Positions 42,173 through 54,237 of a stretch of 64,000 bases of DNA are shown here, piece by piece. The notes beneath the pieces were generated by a model that saw nothing but the letters and a program-made list of their open reading frames with translations, was not told where the DNA came from and made no database searches. Each line of letters starts with the position of its first letter. Positions within the stretch are counted from its first letter, which is position 1. A program made the translations under genes and the position numbers. The stretch spans positions 224,001 through 288,000 of the forward strand of contig CAWGMK010000010.1 of the NCBI GenBank assembly GCA_963823655.1. Reading direction: 5' to 3'. This DNA comes from an uncultured Bacillota bacterium (GTDB lineage: Bacteria; Bacillota; DTU025; MWDF01).

Positions 42173-43276
42173 AATCCGCAAGGGGCAGAAGGGAAGAGCT
42201 CCTATCCGAGATCATTGCGGACGGGCTCGACAAGCTGGCGACTTTGGACTTGCATGGAAGGGGCATCGTAGCTCCGATCTATGCGCATGCAAGAAGTGCC
42301 AGGGCGGCCTGCCGCTGTCCTTTATTTTCGCAAAAGCCTTAATCGAGCGCTCAGTAAAGGGCAGATCCTGCATAGTAGCTACCGGGTTCATGATAAGAAG
42401 GGCAATGCAGCCGGAGACGGACGGCATGACCGGCTCTGCGTACCTCTCCTATGTGCTTTCGAAGGGCCTGGGATTGACCCCGGTTCTTATTTGCGAGGAG
42501 GCGGCAATGGCCGCAGTCAGGGCAGCGGTAGGCGCGACTGGCCTTATACGAACTGCCGGGACTACCGGGAGAGGCAACAGTGCCCGCAGGCAACGGCGAA
42601 GGCTTTTTTGCGATAGGTTATCCCGCAGCGGGGCAGAATTGTGAAACAGAGCGGGAGAAAGCTGTCCGCGAAGCTTTATATGGGCTTAACCCTTGCCTTT
42701 TCATAACCATCGAACGGCCGGGGATGAACGCGAAGGGCATGCCTCATACTACATTCGGAGTTTCGACAGCTGACATAAGCGCACGGATAGAAAATGTGCT
42801 AAAAGACATGAGCGAGCGCGGCGTACCTACGTTCGCAGTCGGGAGATATGGGCAATGAGCTGGGAATGGGAGCGGTATCCGAGCTTGTGGGCGAGATAAC
42901 GCCATTCGGCAGGCAGTGCATATGTGGTTGTGGCGGCGGCGTCGCAGCGGATGCGAAGGCCGATTATCTTATGATGGGGTCGATCTCGGACGATGCCTGC
43001 TATGCGATAGGCGCGTCCATCGCCCAGCAGCTTGGACGCGACGAACTGCTGCCGGATGAAGAAATGATTCATCTCGCCCTTTCGGCCGCGGTCAAGGCGG
43101 GGGCCGTAGACGGGCTGACAGCCGAGAACGAGCTGTCTATAGATATGATAGCCTGGAAGGATCACGCCGGGATCATCAACCTAATGAGGGCCGCCGTAAC
43201 CGAAGCAAGGGGACATGACAAGGCCAGTCCTCAGTTCATAGACCATCTTTTAGGGCTTGAGAAACACGCGCTTTAA
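42169..43276 (+). CDS. DUF4392 / D-glutamate cyclase-like protein (frameshifted)
   Basis: TGF..PETDG.TG, ITIERPG.N.KG, GD.GNELGMG, GAVDG motifs across frames. Confidence 0.75.
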
Positions 43277-43377
43277 GTAGTTGGAAAATGCAGGAAATCG
43301 GCAGTCGTCCGGAGAAATATTAATATTGGATTGCACGTAGTTCGTATCCAAATATATGACCGAAGGAGGACAGCAGT

Positions 43378-45069
43378 ATGAAGAGAATCGCAGTTTCCTT
43401 TGTACTCGTGGCCATACTCGCAATGGGCATTATCGCCTCTGCCGCAGCAGCCGGTGGATACCCATTTGCCCAAGGACGTTACTGGGAAAGAACGGTATGG
43501 TAGCGGCGGCGCACCCGCTGGCATCGGCTGCCGGCGTGGAAATGCTGAAAGCGGGAGGAAACGCAATCGATGCGGCAGTTGCGACAGGGTTGCCTTAAAT
43601 ATGGTGGAACCCAACGCATCAGGCATCGGCGGCGGCGGCTTCATGGTAATCCGCTTCGCCAAGACTGGCGAAATCGCTGTCATAGACTATCGCGAAATGG
43701 CCCCGGGCGCCTCTACTAAAGACATGTACTCCGACCCAAAAGCCGCGACCGAGCACTGGACCTATGAGGGCGGCAAGTCCGTAGGCATACCAGGAACAGT
43801 CGCCGGATATTTCATGGCACTTGAGAAGTTCGGCACAAAGTCGTTCAAAGAGTTGGCTGCGCCGGCCATAAAGCTTGGCAACGAAGGCTTCGTGGTCTCA
43901 GAGATGCTAGCTGGCATAATCAAGGATAACTATGCCAAGATGGCGAAGTTCAGCGAGCCAGTGGACGTACCTTACTTCGACGAATACGGTCTGCCGCTGG
44001 AAACTGGCACATCCTGAAGAACCCCAAGCTTGCCAAGGTATTCACGGAGCTGGGCGACAAGGGCCCCAGGACGCGTTCTACAGCGGCTGGGTCGCTGATG
44101 ACGATAGCTAAATCCGTCCAGAAGGCCGGAGGCATCATGACAGTGGAGGACCTCTCCAAGTACGTGGCCAAGATGAGGACTCCCGTAACGGGCACTTACA
44201 GGGGTTATGAGATAATCTCGATGCCGCCTCCGAGCTCTGGCGGAACCCATATAATCCAGATGCTCAACTGCCTTGAGAACTACGACGTCAAGGCGATGGG
44301 CCACAACAGCGTCATGTTCATGCACACTTTCGCAGAGATCATGAAGCTGACATTCGCCGACAGGTCGCGTATCATGCGCGACTCCGACTTCGGCTATGTG
44401 CCTGTGAATGGACTCACTATCCAAGGATATGCAAAAACCATGGTAAACCAGATAGCCCCCAACAAGATAATAGACAAGCCGCTAGCAGGCGACCCCAAGA
44501 AGTATGAAAGCGGGAACACAACCTCGTTCGTCGTCGTCGACCAAGAGGGGAACATCTGCGCCGTGACGCAGACTATCAACTACTTCTTCGGTTCCGGCGT
44601 CATGGCGTCGGGCGCAGGCTTCATGCTCAATGATGAGATGGACGATTTCTCGACCAGCCCGGCTTCTGTATCGGCCCCTGAGCCGTACAAGAGGCCGCTG
44701 TCATCTATGTCGCCTACCATAGTGCTCAAGGACGGCAAACCGTTCGTAGCGCTAGGAACTCCGGGCGCAACAAGGATATTCCCCAGCATCGTCCAGACTC
44801 TTGTGAACATAATCGACCACGGCATGACGATGGACCAGGCGATAGAAGCGCCCCGCTTCTGGAGCAACGGGCCGGCCACGTTCGCATATGAGGACAGGAT
44901 AGATGCGAACCTGATAGCCGCCGTTGAGAAGCTGGGCCACAAGCCCAAGAAGTACACATCATACGACGCATATTTCGGAGCAGTGCAAGGCATTCTGTTC
45001 GATCAGGCAACAGGCATAATGTACGGCGGAGCCGACTCCAGAAGACTCGGTGAGGCCATAGGCTTCTAG
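43378..45069 (+). CDS. ggt: Secreted gamma-glutamyltransferase, canonical type (several apparent frameshifts)
   Basis: [55 protein letters not shown]. Confidence 0.9.
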
Positions 45070-45090
45070 GTGCGTCACAGGAGGAAAGAA

Positions 45091-45688
45091 ATGCGCAGAT
45101 CAATAATCCTGGCGGCTTTGGTAATCCTAGCGATGCTTTGGGTGCCGCAGGCGGCGCGATGGCTGCAAACCCGCTTCTAATCACAAACGCCGGCCAGGGC
45201 GCCGAAAGCGCGATGGTAAATACTATGTGCAAGATGGCAGAAGATACCGGCAACGCTCAACGACACCATAAGGCGGAAGCCTTGGCAGGAAAAGACGGAA
45301 AGCCTTTGTTCTCGTACATGGCCATTGTGGTGGGTTATAGCGGCAAGGGTATGGGTGCTGCGGGCATAAACCTTCAGACGAGGTAGCCCGCAAGGGCTGA
45401 CTGCCTTACTTAAAAAGGCCCAGGCATTCAAAATACCTATAATCATGATGCATATAGGAGGATTCGAGAGAAGAGGGCGAGAACTCGGACAAGTTGATCA
45501 AGGAAGTATTCAAGTACGGTGAGATTCGCCATTTTCCTGAACTCTGGCAATTACCCCGATTCTGTGGCCTTCAACAACAAGAAGCCGGACAATCTCCTCA
45601 ACAACGCCTCCCCAAGGGGGTAACTCCGAAGATAGTGGAAAAGATGAATAACATCATAGCCCCCCTTAAGGAGATCATGGGCCTGTAA
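45091..45688 (+). CDS. Secreted DUF6305-like protein, copy 2 (frameshifted)
   Basis: ITNAGQGAE, GYSGKGMGAAGI, HIGGFERRG; paralog of 18889..19476. Confidence 0.7.
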
Positions 45689-45775
45689 GCTCCAGAACCA
45701 ATCTAAGAGGATTATCCGGGGCAGGGATAATTGTCCTGCCCCGGCCTCATAGAATGAGAGGGGGCCGTTAATTAC

Positions 45776-47042
45776 ATGGCAGAAGGATCATATTCATTAT
45801 CATGCTGGAGTCTTCGTATTAACTGCATTCGCATTCAAACTTCCCGGTGGGAGTTTGCATGATGCTGGCATCGATTGCGGGCCTGCTGGCCGACGGCCAG
45901 GGCATCCCGCTCAGGCACATGTCGAGGGCTACTTTCGGCTACTTAATACGATATTGGTCATAGCTGCGGCGATGCTCCTTATGAAGTCCATACAGAAATC
46001 CGGCCTTCTGGAGACCGTCGCAAGGTTCATAATAGACCGTTTCGCCAATATGAAAGCTCTGATCCTTGCCGGCATCACACTTCTTATCATGTTTCCCGGG
46101 ATGATAACTGGATCTTCATCAGCTTGCGTTTTAACGACGGGTACACTTGTTGTGCCGGTCCTAACGTACTTCGGCGTGCCGAGGGCGAAAACAGGGGCGA
46201 TAATTGCGATGTCTGCCATCTTCGGCATGCTGGCGCCGCCAGTCAATCTCCCGGCGATGATAATCGGAGCAGGCATCGACATGCCCTACGTGGGTTTCTT
46301 CTGGCCGCTTCTGTAGCTACGGTACCAATTGCAATAATTACCACCCTTATTATCGGCCTTCCCACGTATATGAAACATAAGGAAGTCGGCAGGATGAGGA
46401 TAAGAGCTCTTCCTCTAAGCTACTACAAGCAGTACGGCTTAAAGCTCCTCCTGCCGCTTATAGTCCTGGTGGTCCTCATGGTGCTGCCAAATGTATTCCT
46501 GGGCAAGTTCCGCGGACCTCGGGATGCCCCTTGTGATGCTAATCGCCGCGCAGTCGCTATCTCACAGGAGAAAGTTCAACGCGATAGGCGCCGCAAGGGA
46601 GGCCATCAGAGAATCCGTCCCTGTCTGAGCAACTAGTCGGAGTTGGCATGTTCATACAGGTTATGACTTTACCGGGGTGAGGGGCTTCATCGTTGTAAGC
46701 TCTCTTTCGATACCACAGGGCGTGGCTTTATGTTGCGATGGCGTAACTATTCCGGCTATTCGGCTCGGTCTCGGCATTCGGCTCGGCATCTGTACTGGGC
46801 GTGCCGTTCGTGCTGGCATTGAGCGGCTCCGGCAATGTCGTGATGCTGACTGTCGGTCGTCACGCTGCTCGTATGCCTTGGAGACCTGGTTCCGCCAACA
46901 GCGCTGGCTAGCGTCCTCGCGGCCCAGGTGGTTAAGGAGCCAGTTACTTCAGGTGCTGAAACATTGTCTTATGCCGGCAATGCTTACCATCGCCTGGGGG
47001 CTTTTGATAATTGCCAACTCGGCGCTATTGCCAAGTGGCTGA
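45776..47042 (+). CDS. TRAP DctM-like / ion-transporter superfamily permease (many apparent frameshifts)
   Basis: MFPGMITGSS, GMLAPPVNLPAMIIGAGIDMPYVGF; hydrophobic throughout. Confidence 0.75.
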
Positions 47043-47054
47043 TTTAAGGAGGCG

Positions 47055-47217
47055 ATGAAATGATTGGCTTCATGGACTATTCTGGGTATACTGGCTTTTC
47101 TGCCTGGGATACTCGCACGTGGTACTAGACGGTCTTCAGGGAGAAGAACGTCTGGAAGCAGGTCTCGGCGGCCATGATCATAATCCCGCTGGCCCTAAGG
47201 GCCCTGTTGTGAAATAG
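47055..47217 (+). CDS. Small two-TM membrane protein (frameshifted; not in the ORF track)
   Basis: AAGGAGG RBS; C-terminal half reads FREKNVWKQVSAAMIIIPLALRALL. Confidence 0.55.
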
Positions 47218-47228
47218 GGGGTTGTGAC

Positions 47229-48373
47229 ATGAAGATCGATGGCAGGATAAGTGCGGTATGATCATACTTGCCGAATCGGCATTAGTGCTTTTAACACGGG
47301 CGTGAGCTTCAGGTCGATGTACAAGCCGGACATAATAGTGAGCGGGCCTTCCGTGAGCGAAGTGAAGATGCTCTCGGACTACTTCGACGGCTTGAAGGGA
47401 ACGAGGGTGACACAGCGGTCTACGTGCTTGAGGGTAAGGAACCGGGGGCACTTTGCTGTTCCTTGGCGGAACTCACCCTAATGAGCCATCAGGCTTGATG
47501 ACGGCCGTCCTTTTCATCGAAAACGCCGTTGGTAGAGAAGGGCAGGTGATAATCATACCCGCAGGCGGATAGCAAGCGGTTTCAGCGTGAACGATCCTCA
47601 GGAAGGCGTCCCCGCAGAGGTTCACATTCCATACGGCAACCGGGATGTCAGGACTTCCGCTATCGGGGCAAGGGCGACGAACCCGCTGCACCAGTGGCCC
47701 GACCCTGACATTTACATCAATCCTTCTGGGCAGACCTTGTCCGGCAGCGAGAACAGGAATCTGAACAGGGCTATCCAGGCAAGCCCGAGGGCAACCTGAC
47801 CGAGAAGATCGCCTTCGGCATCATGGAGGTGATAAGGAAAGAAGGACGCCGAAGTGTCGGTAGACCTGCATGAGGCGAGCCCTGAATACCCAGTTATTAA
47901 CGCGATGGTGGCGCATGAGAAGTCGATGGACCTAGCCTCAGTCGCAGTGCTTGACCTGGAGATGGAGGGCATAAAAATCAGGCTTGAGAAGTCGCCGCCA
48001 ACATTCTATGGGCTTTCCCACAGGTCTTGGGGCGACTACTCCGACACAATGCCGATACTAATGGAGACTGCTAATCCGCTCACAGGGAAGGCTGAGGTCC
48101 AAGACGAATGAGAAGTTGGTCCTGACAGGCGTGGACCCCTGGTACGTGAAGGCGCAGAAGCTTGGGAAGGCTCTATGTGCCGTTCGACGAGGAGGGCCAT
48201 CCTATGGAGGAGAGGGTAGGCAGGCACTCGAGCGCTTTGCAGGCAATAATGAGGTCGATGGAGTACTTTTTCCCGGCGGAGTAGCGATTTCAACTAAGCG
48301 GCGTGCCCGGCTACGCCGAACTGATGGAGAAGGGTATTAGGCAGCTTCTTAGGGAGCTATCCCGTCAAATTGA
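47229..48373 (+). CDS. Succinylglutamate desuccinylase/aspartoacylase (M14-like) hydrolase, copy 2 (heavily frameshifted)
   Basis: GGTHPNEP (hand-read), GARATNP, RNLNR, VDLHEASPEYP, GLSHRSWGD, METANP. Confidence 0.8.
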
Positions 48374-48395
48374 ATTATGAACCGGAGGATGGAAA

Positions 48396-48755
48396 ATGAT
48401 CAGAAGGAAAGAAGATCACGTAACCACCTATAAATCGGACATGTTCGGCGGCAGGGGAACAGTAAGCTATCTTCACCTGGCAGCCAACGAGGAGCTTTGC
48501 AACAAAGGCAGGATGCTTGCCATACTGACAATACCCGAAGGCGGCATTTTGGGCTTCCATGAACATCACGGAGAGATCGACATCTACCATATCCTGAAGG
48601 GCAAGGCCGAGTTCAACGACAACGGAACAGTCTTGCAGTTCAATGAGGGAGATACGACCTGGATAAAGCCCGAACAGGGCCACTCCATCGCCAATGTCGG
48701 AAAGGGCGATTTGCAGTTCATCAGCCTCGTGCTGTTTGCAAAGCAGGGAGACTAG
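48396..48755 (+). CDS. Cupin domain protein
   Basis: GFHEHHGE..YHILKG and GHSIAN cupin motifs. Confidence 0.9.
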   Translation: MIRRKEDHVTTYKSDMFGGRGTVSYLHLAANEELCNKGRMLAILTIPEGGILGFHEHHGEIDIYHILKGKAEFNDNGTVLQFNEGDTTWIKPEQGHSIANVGKGDLQFISLVLFAKQGD

Positions 48756-48771
48756 CCTCAAGAGGAATGAG

Positions 48772-48804
48772 AGCCCGGCGCCTTCTTGGGCGCCGGGCTT
48801 TTTC
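48772..48804 (+). terminator. Intrinsic terminator
   Basis: agcccggcgcc-ttcttg-ggcgccgggct followed by T-run. Confidence 0.8.
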
Positions 48805-48859
48805 ATGCAGCCGGCTTATGAGGGTGCTTTTGAAGCATTGTCTTAGCAATATCCTTAAC

Positions 48860-51320
48860 TTATGCTTCTCCGCTCGGTTTGTGACTTCGTCCGCCGTTTA
48901 TCAAGCGGAGGACAAGCGTTAGAAGCCTGCTGCTTATTGCCCCGTTCGTAATCGACGGCAGGCTCCTAAGCGGCATCTCCTTGAAGATCGTGGTGGCGCT
49001 CATTGCCGTCGGGTTGCCAGCGTCCTTGCGGGTCGCAATCCAGGCGGCGAAAACAAGTGCTGACCTGAAAATGGAGGCGAAGAGGCCTCTGATATCGCTA
49101 AGTGGTGTGTCAGGAGTGTAGAACCCCCGGCGCATAATCGCATTATCAGGAAGGTCCCGACCCAGTATGCTTCTGAAAGCTTCCCGGCTGAAGGCATTTG
49201 CATTGAGTTTGCCGCAATACTCCGCAGGTTCAGAGCAGCTGCCGCGCACTGTACCCTCGCCTGCGGAAGTGCCAGCATCAGGTAGAATTTTAGGGATGGC
49301 GCTCAAGCGAATGTCCCTTGAAGATGAACCTATAAGGATTTCGAAGTCGCCCGGCTCAACCTTCCAGGCATTTGTCGCCTTATCCCAGAAAGAGAATGCA
49401 TCGTCTCCCAGCACGAACTCGACTTCTCTTTTCTCATTGGGCTCAAGCATCAGCTTCGCGAAACCCTTAAGCTCCTTTTCCGGCCTGAATGCGGTCAATT
49501 CGACATCCCTGACGTAAAGCTGTACTACTTCGGCACCCGGGCGAGTGCCGATGTTCTTAACTGTAAACCGGACCCGTACAGACAAAGGGCCTTCTATGGT
49601 GGGGCTGCCAGGGCTTAAGATTAGGTCCTCATACAGGAAATCGGTGTAGCTCAGCCCATGGCCGAACGGGAAAAGGACGTCCTTTCGCGCCTTGTCATAG
49701 TAGCGGTAACCGACATAAATGCTTTCGCGATATTCAACGGTTGCAGGCCCTCCGGGAAAACTTCCGAAAGTCGGATTGTCTTCCAACTTCAACGGGAAGG
49801 TCTCCGCAAGCTTGCCTGAGGGATTGCAGTCTCCGAATAGAAGCCTGCTGATCGCAGCTCCTCCTGCCTGCCCTCCAAGGTAGGCCTCAAGAATGGCGTT
49901 GACCCTGCCGGCCCACGGCATTTCAACGGGGGAGCCGTTCATCAACACGACCGCCACATTCGGATTGGCGTTGCACACGGCATCAATTAGGGAGTTTTGG
50001 CCGGCCGGCAGCCTCATGTGCTTGCGGTCCAGGCCCTCAGTCTCGAAGGACGCGGGCAGACCCGCAAAGACCACTGCGACATCGGCACGGCTGCCACCCT
50101 GCAAGCCTGCTTAATTGAGGCCTTCGTAATGCTGCCATCGGCTGCATTGTAGCCCGGTGCGTAATCAATTCTTCTGTGATGCAGCCCTTTTTGTGATTTC
50201 ATCGTATGCGTTGCTCATGCGTATCGGAGTCACCATGGAGCTGCCGGCTCCCTGGTAGCGGGGCTGTTTTGCGAAAGATCCGATTAAGGCTATCCGGGAT
50301 GTTTCGGCTAAGGGGCAGGCATCCCTTATCGTTTTTGAGCAGGACGGCGCCCTCACAAGCTGCCTTGGCGGCAAGTTCGTGGTGCATGTCTATATATGAG
50401 AAATCGGCTGGTAACTTAGGAAGCCCGGCTGACTTAGATATCAGCGTCAGTATTCGGCGTACTGACAAGTCGAGCGTTTCCACTGGAATGGTGCCATCAA
50501 GGACGGCGGCTATTATTGCTTTCTCGCCATCGCCATCGTAGCCTGGCATCTCCAGGTCCATGCCTGCCAGCAGGCCGGAAGCGTCGGTCGCTGACGGCCC
50601 CCCAATCCGACATGACAAGGCCCTCGAAATTCCATTGCTTCCTAAGGATATCCGTTAAGCAGCGTCCTGCTCTCTGTGCAGTAATCGCCGTTCAACTTGT
50701 TGTAGGCGGCCATGACAGTCTGCGGTTTGGCCTCTTTGACAGCTATTTCGAAAGGCTTGAGATATATCTCGCGAAGGGCCCTGTCGTCAATCTGGGCGTC
50801 GATGGTGAACCTTCTGGTCTCCTGGTTGTTGGCGGCGAAGTGCTTTATGGACGTTCCGACACCAGTGCTCTGTACGCCTTTTATAAAGGCTGAAGCGATG
50901 GAGCCGGACAGGAATGGGTCTTCCGAGAAGTATTCGAAGTTCCTGCCGCCAAGCGGCGACCTCTTTATATTCACTCCGGGTCCAAGAAGGATGTTGACTT
51001 GATTGTGGCGGGCTTCCATCGCCGATCGCCTTGCCGACTTCGCTTATCAGATCCCGGTTCCAGGTGCTGGCAAGGGCAGAGGCGGTAGGAAAGCAGGTGG
51101 CAGGCACATTGTCGCTGAAAGAGTGGCCTCCCGTATTTGCTTTCTGCTTGCGAAGCCCATGAGGACCGTCAGCGACGGCAATGGGAGGTATGCCAAGGCG
51201 GGGGATGCCCTTCAGCTTCCATAGGCCATCGCCCGAGCAAAGTGAAGCCTTCTCTTCAAGTGTCATTTGCGCGATCAAAGCTTCGATGTCGAGGTGGCTA
51301 CTCTTTTCTTCTGAAGGCAT
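48860..51320 (-). CDS. GH3 beta-glucosidase with Fn3-like domain (several apparent frameshifts)
   Basis: [47 protein letters not shown] (hand-read), [20 protein letters not shown]. Confidence 0.92.
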
Positions 51321-51372
51321 GCAGCACCCCCTATATAAAGCGCTGTGGGGAATATGCGTTCAGGGCCTTGGC

Positions 51373-51934
51373 CTATAGGTCTTTTATGAAGGGCAGGACC
51401 TGCCTGAACTCCGGGACATCGGCGCGGCCGATGAGCTCGAATGCAAGGCTCTGAGCCGTAGCAATCACTGCCCCTGCCTGGCGCATCCTGTCATAGGCTA
51501 TGTCTCTATGGTATGGAGAAGTGGAGGAGCTTGCGTCCGCCACTACGAAGACGTCGTAGCCTGCCTCCAGGGCATCTAGTACGGTCTGACACAAGCAGAC
51601 GTGCGCCTCTACGCCGAAGATGATAATCTGGCTGCGTTCGGCCGCTTTGAGCGCGGATACGAATTCGACATTACCGAAGCCTGAGAATGATGACTTCGAG
51701 ATTGGCTTTGATGCCCTCCATCACAGCATCAAGAGAGGGGGTCGTCCCGCCCATCTTGGAGGGCACGTGCTCAAGCTTTATTAGGGGCACATTCAGCAAT
51801 TTGGCAATCGACGTCAGGGCAACGGCCCTTGGACGGACGATGTCCTTGTCCCAAGTGATGTCGATTACCTTATCTTGCATATCAAGGCTAACAAGGACGC
51901 ATGACGCAGGGTTCAATTTAAGGCTCTTGCTCAT
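51373..51934 (-). CDS. Isochorismatase-family hydrolase (YcaC-like; frameshift)
   Basis: LDMQDK, GVEAHVCLCQTVLD, VVADASS. Confidence 0.85.
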
Positions 51935-52083
51935 AGGGAGGACCTCCTGTTTCGCAATGCTAGGTACATTATAGCCAATGGGAGCATATAGATGGGCATA
52001 AGGAAGAGCCGTTTGCTTTCTTTAGAGGTAGCTTATTGATTTTATGGTCCGGCCTGTGATAAATTTATGCGTGCACAACACTT

Positions 52084-52170
52084 GCCGAAGTGGTGGAATT
52101 GGCAGACGCGCTAAATTCAGGGTCTAGTGGGGGCAACCTCGTGCGGGTTCAAATCCCGCCTTCGGCACCA
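52084..52170 (+). tRNA. tRNA-Leu (anticodon CAG)
   Basis: GCCGAAG/CTTCGGC acceptor stem, GGAATTGGCAGAC D-loop, TT-CAG-GG anticodon loop, long variable arm, GGTTCAAATCC, encoded CCA. Confidence 0.95.
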
Positions 52171-52630
52171 ATAGGGTTTTAAACTGCCAGTAAGCTGGCG
52201 GTTTTGTTTTATCATTTCCCGAAATGTCAAACAAATGTCAAGCAGAGCACTAAACCCACTCGTGAATGTGGAGGGTATTCGTTGGTATGCTTTGTCCTTC
52301 ATGCAATGACCTGCCCCCAGTTTTTGGTACAACCCAGGCTTTAGTTTTCAAGAACCTTCTGGAAGAGGTATGGGTCGCCGACCAAAATCTTTTAGAAGTA
52401 GTGCAAATCGTTGCCTAATACCTTCTCAGTGAAGTCCCATCTAACGAATTCATACTCGTCGATGGTATACCAAATAATCCCGTCTGCATGGAAGAATATT
52501 TAAGGTTTCCCTACATCGGCGCCTTTGGCAAACAGCGCGAAGGACAGATCCGATACCGGGAACCTTGATTTTTCAGCCTTAAGTTATCCCCGACGACAGT
52601 GGAAATGATGAAGATGTTGACAGGCTGCAT

Positions 52631-52661
52631 TACGGCCCCTGCTTTAAAAGCAGGGGCCGTA
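52631..52661 (-). terminator. Terminator of the MBL-fold gene
   Basis: tacggcccctgcttt-t/a-aaagcaggggccgta inverted repeat. Confidence 0.7.
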
Positions 52662-52725
52662 ATATTTATTCGGTTGTTGCGATTAGGGATTATTCGGAGG
52701 TATCACCGGTTTGCGAACGTCATAG

Positions 52726-54237
52726 TCACGGTTTACTTGAATTCGGACATTTCCGGTAGGCGAAATTGCAGAACTCAAACCAGTATTCAATATAGCTGCT
52801 GGATTCTGCCGAAATATTCCCGCCCTTTCCGTCAGGCGTCCAGGCTACTCCCGACACCGCGAGATCCAAAATTGCCTTCGCTGCGTCTCTTAATTCCCGA
52901 ACGATTTCCTTGCCGTAAACAAGTTCATTATGAGAGCCACAGATCCACTTAATGTCCAGCGGCTCGAGGATATCCCAAAGTTTTGCAGCGCTGTTGTAAT
53001 AAGCAACAAGGCTCGTTCTGCCCGGCTGATACACATAGTTCGGCCCAGGATAATAGAAGTCGCCGGTAAAGGCCATTTTGTTGGTCGCGTCAATAAGTGT
53101 GATGCTGTCTGAGGAGTGTCCCGGGGTGTTTACGACCTGCAACTTGCGCCCGCCCAAATCGAAGACGTGGGTTTCGTCTATACGCTTAATCTGAGAAGCG
53201 CTGACGCCTGGCCTAATAAGAGGATTCTCTTTGGACACGCCAATTAATTGAGCACTAAACTCAGCGGGAAGATCACGCATTAGGTCGCCAGTAGTTATCG
53301 CGCCGCCGCCGCTGCCAACGAAGAAGTTGCGAGCGATTGCGGTCATCGTGTCGCCTGCGTCGCCCGGTAAAGAGGCGTTGTCGTCGCCATTCCATACATA
53401 AATTTCCTTTACCTCGGGGAATTGCCAGCTGTCTCCCCTATGGTCGGAATGGGTGTGGGTGTTCACCATGATGAAGTTCGTACCGATTTTGATGTGGCTG
53501 TTTTCCGGCAATTTGAGAACATCTTCAACGGCTTTTCTGAGATTTCCAATACCCATACCCGTATCAATAAGCAACGCCGTCTCTGTTCCAATGACGAGGA
53601 AGGATATAACCTCCTGATCGTGACCGGGTTCAGAGAACACATACGTGTTGCCGGCTACCTTGTAAACATTGAACCAAGGCTCGGATGTTTCAATCATTTT
53701 TAACAACCCGGCGTTTATATAATCGCTCCAGCTGTCAAAGGGCCTTATTCTGTCAGGCCTGCGGTACGGTCTACTGCTCGTTGGTGCATCAACCCACCAA
53801 TTGGCTGGCCTGAATGATGTGAAAATAAAGGTCGGAGGATATTCCTGATTGAAACCCTGCTTGGTGGTAAATGTGATTTTGTTTTCCCCGTCAGTGTAAG
53901 TGATATTATAGTTCTTCAGTGTGTCGTCGTCCGCGTTGAGCGGCGTCCCTTTCAAGACGGCACTGAGATTTTTTGTCTGTTCAGCGGGGGTCTTGCCCTC
54001 AAAGTTCGTGCCGAGTGTATAGTATGTAAGGCCCAACCGGATTGTATTACCCGCAAGCAGCGCCTTATCAATCGTCAGCGTCCACTTGCCCGATGCGGCC
54101 TTGATGAACGATACAGTTCCTGCTGTCTCACTCAGAAGAACATCGCTGAAACTTGACGCGAAGACTCCCGTCGATAACAAACTAGCCAACATAAAAACTA
54201 AAAGTATCGCCAAGATAATGCGCTTTGAACTTCTCAT
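52726..54237 (-). CDS. Secreted MBL-fold metallo-hydrolase with extra N-terminal domain
   Basis: Signal peptide; LIDTGMG, THTHSDH, TPGHSSDS, FTGD, SHNE. Confidence 0.88.
   Translation of the reverse strand: MRSSKRIILAILLVFMLASLLSTGVFASSFSDVLLSETAGTVSFIKAASGKWTLTIDKALLAGNTIRLGLTYYTLGTNFEGKTPAEQTKNLSAVLKGTPLNADDDTLKNYNITYTDGENKITFTTKQGFNQEYPPTFIFTSFRPANWWVDAPTSSRPYRRPDRIRPFDSWSDYINAGLLKMIETSEPWFNVYKVAGNTYVFSEPGHDQEVISFLVIGTETALLIDTGMGIGNLRKAVEDVLKLPENSHIKIGTNFIMVNTHTHSDHRGDSWQFPEVKEIYVWNGDDNASLPGDAGDTMTAIARNFFVGSGGGAITTGDLMRDLPAEFSAQLIGVSKENPLIRPGVSASQIKRIDETHVFDLGGRKLQVVNTPGHSSDSITLIDATNKMAFTGDFYYPGPNYVYQPGRTSLVAYYNSAAKLWDILEPLDIKWICGSHNELVYGKEIVRELRDAAKAILDLAVSGVAWTPDGKGGNISAESSSYIEYWFEFCNFAYRKCPNSSKP

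Noticed and set aside
52108-52124. A-C mismatch in the tRNA-Leu anticodon stem (CTAAA/TCTAG)
   Set aside because: A single mismatch in an error-prone assembly; it cannot be distinguished from a base-call error.
52280-52600. Possible integrase remnant at the islet's left end
   Set aside because: Minus-strand fragments (IFFHADGIIWYTIDEYEFVRWDF...) look like a decayed gene but show no tyrosine- or serine-recombinase motif.
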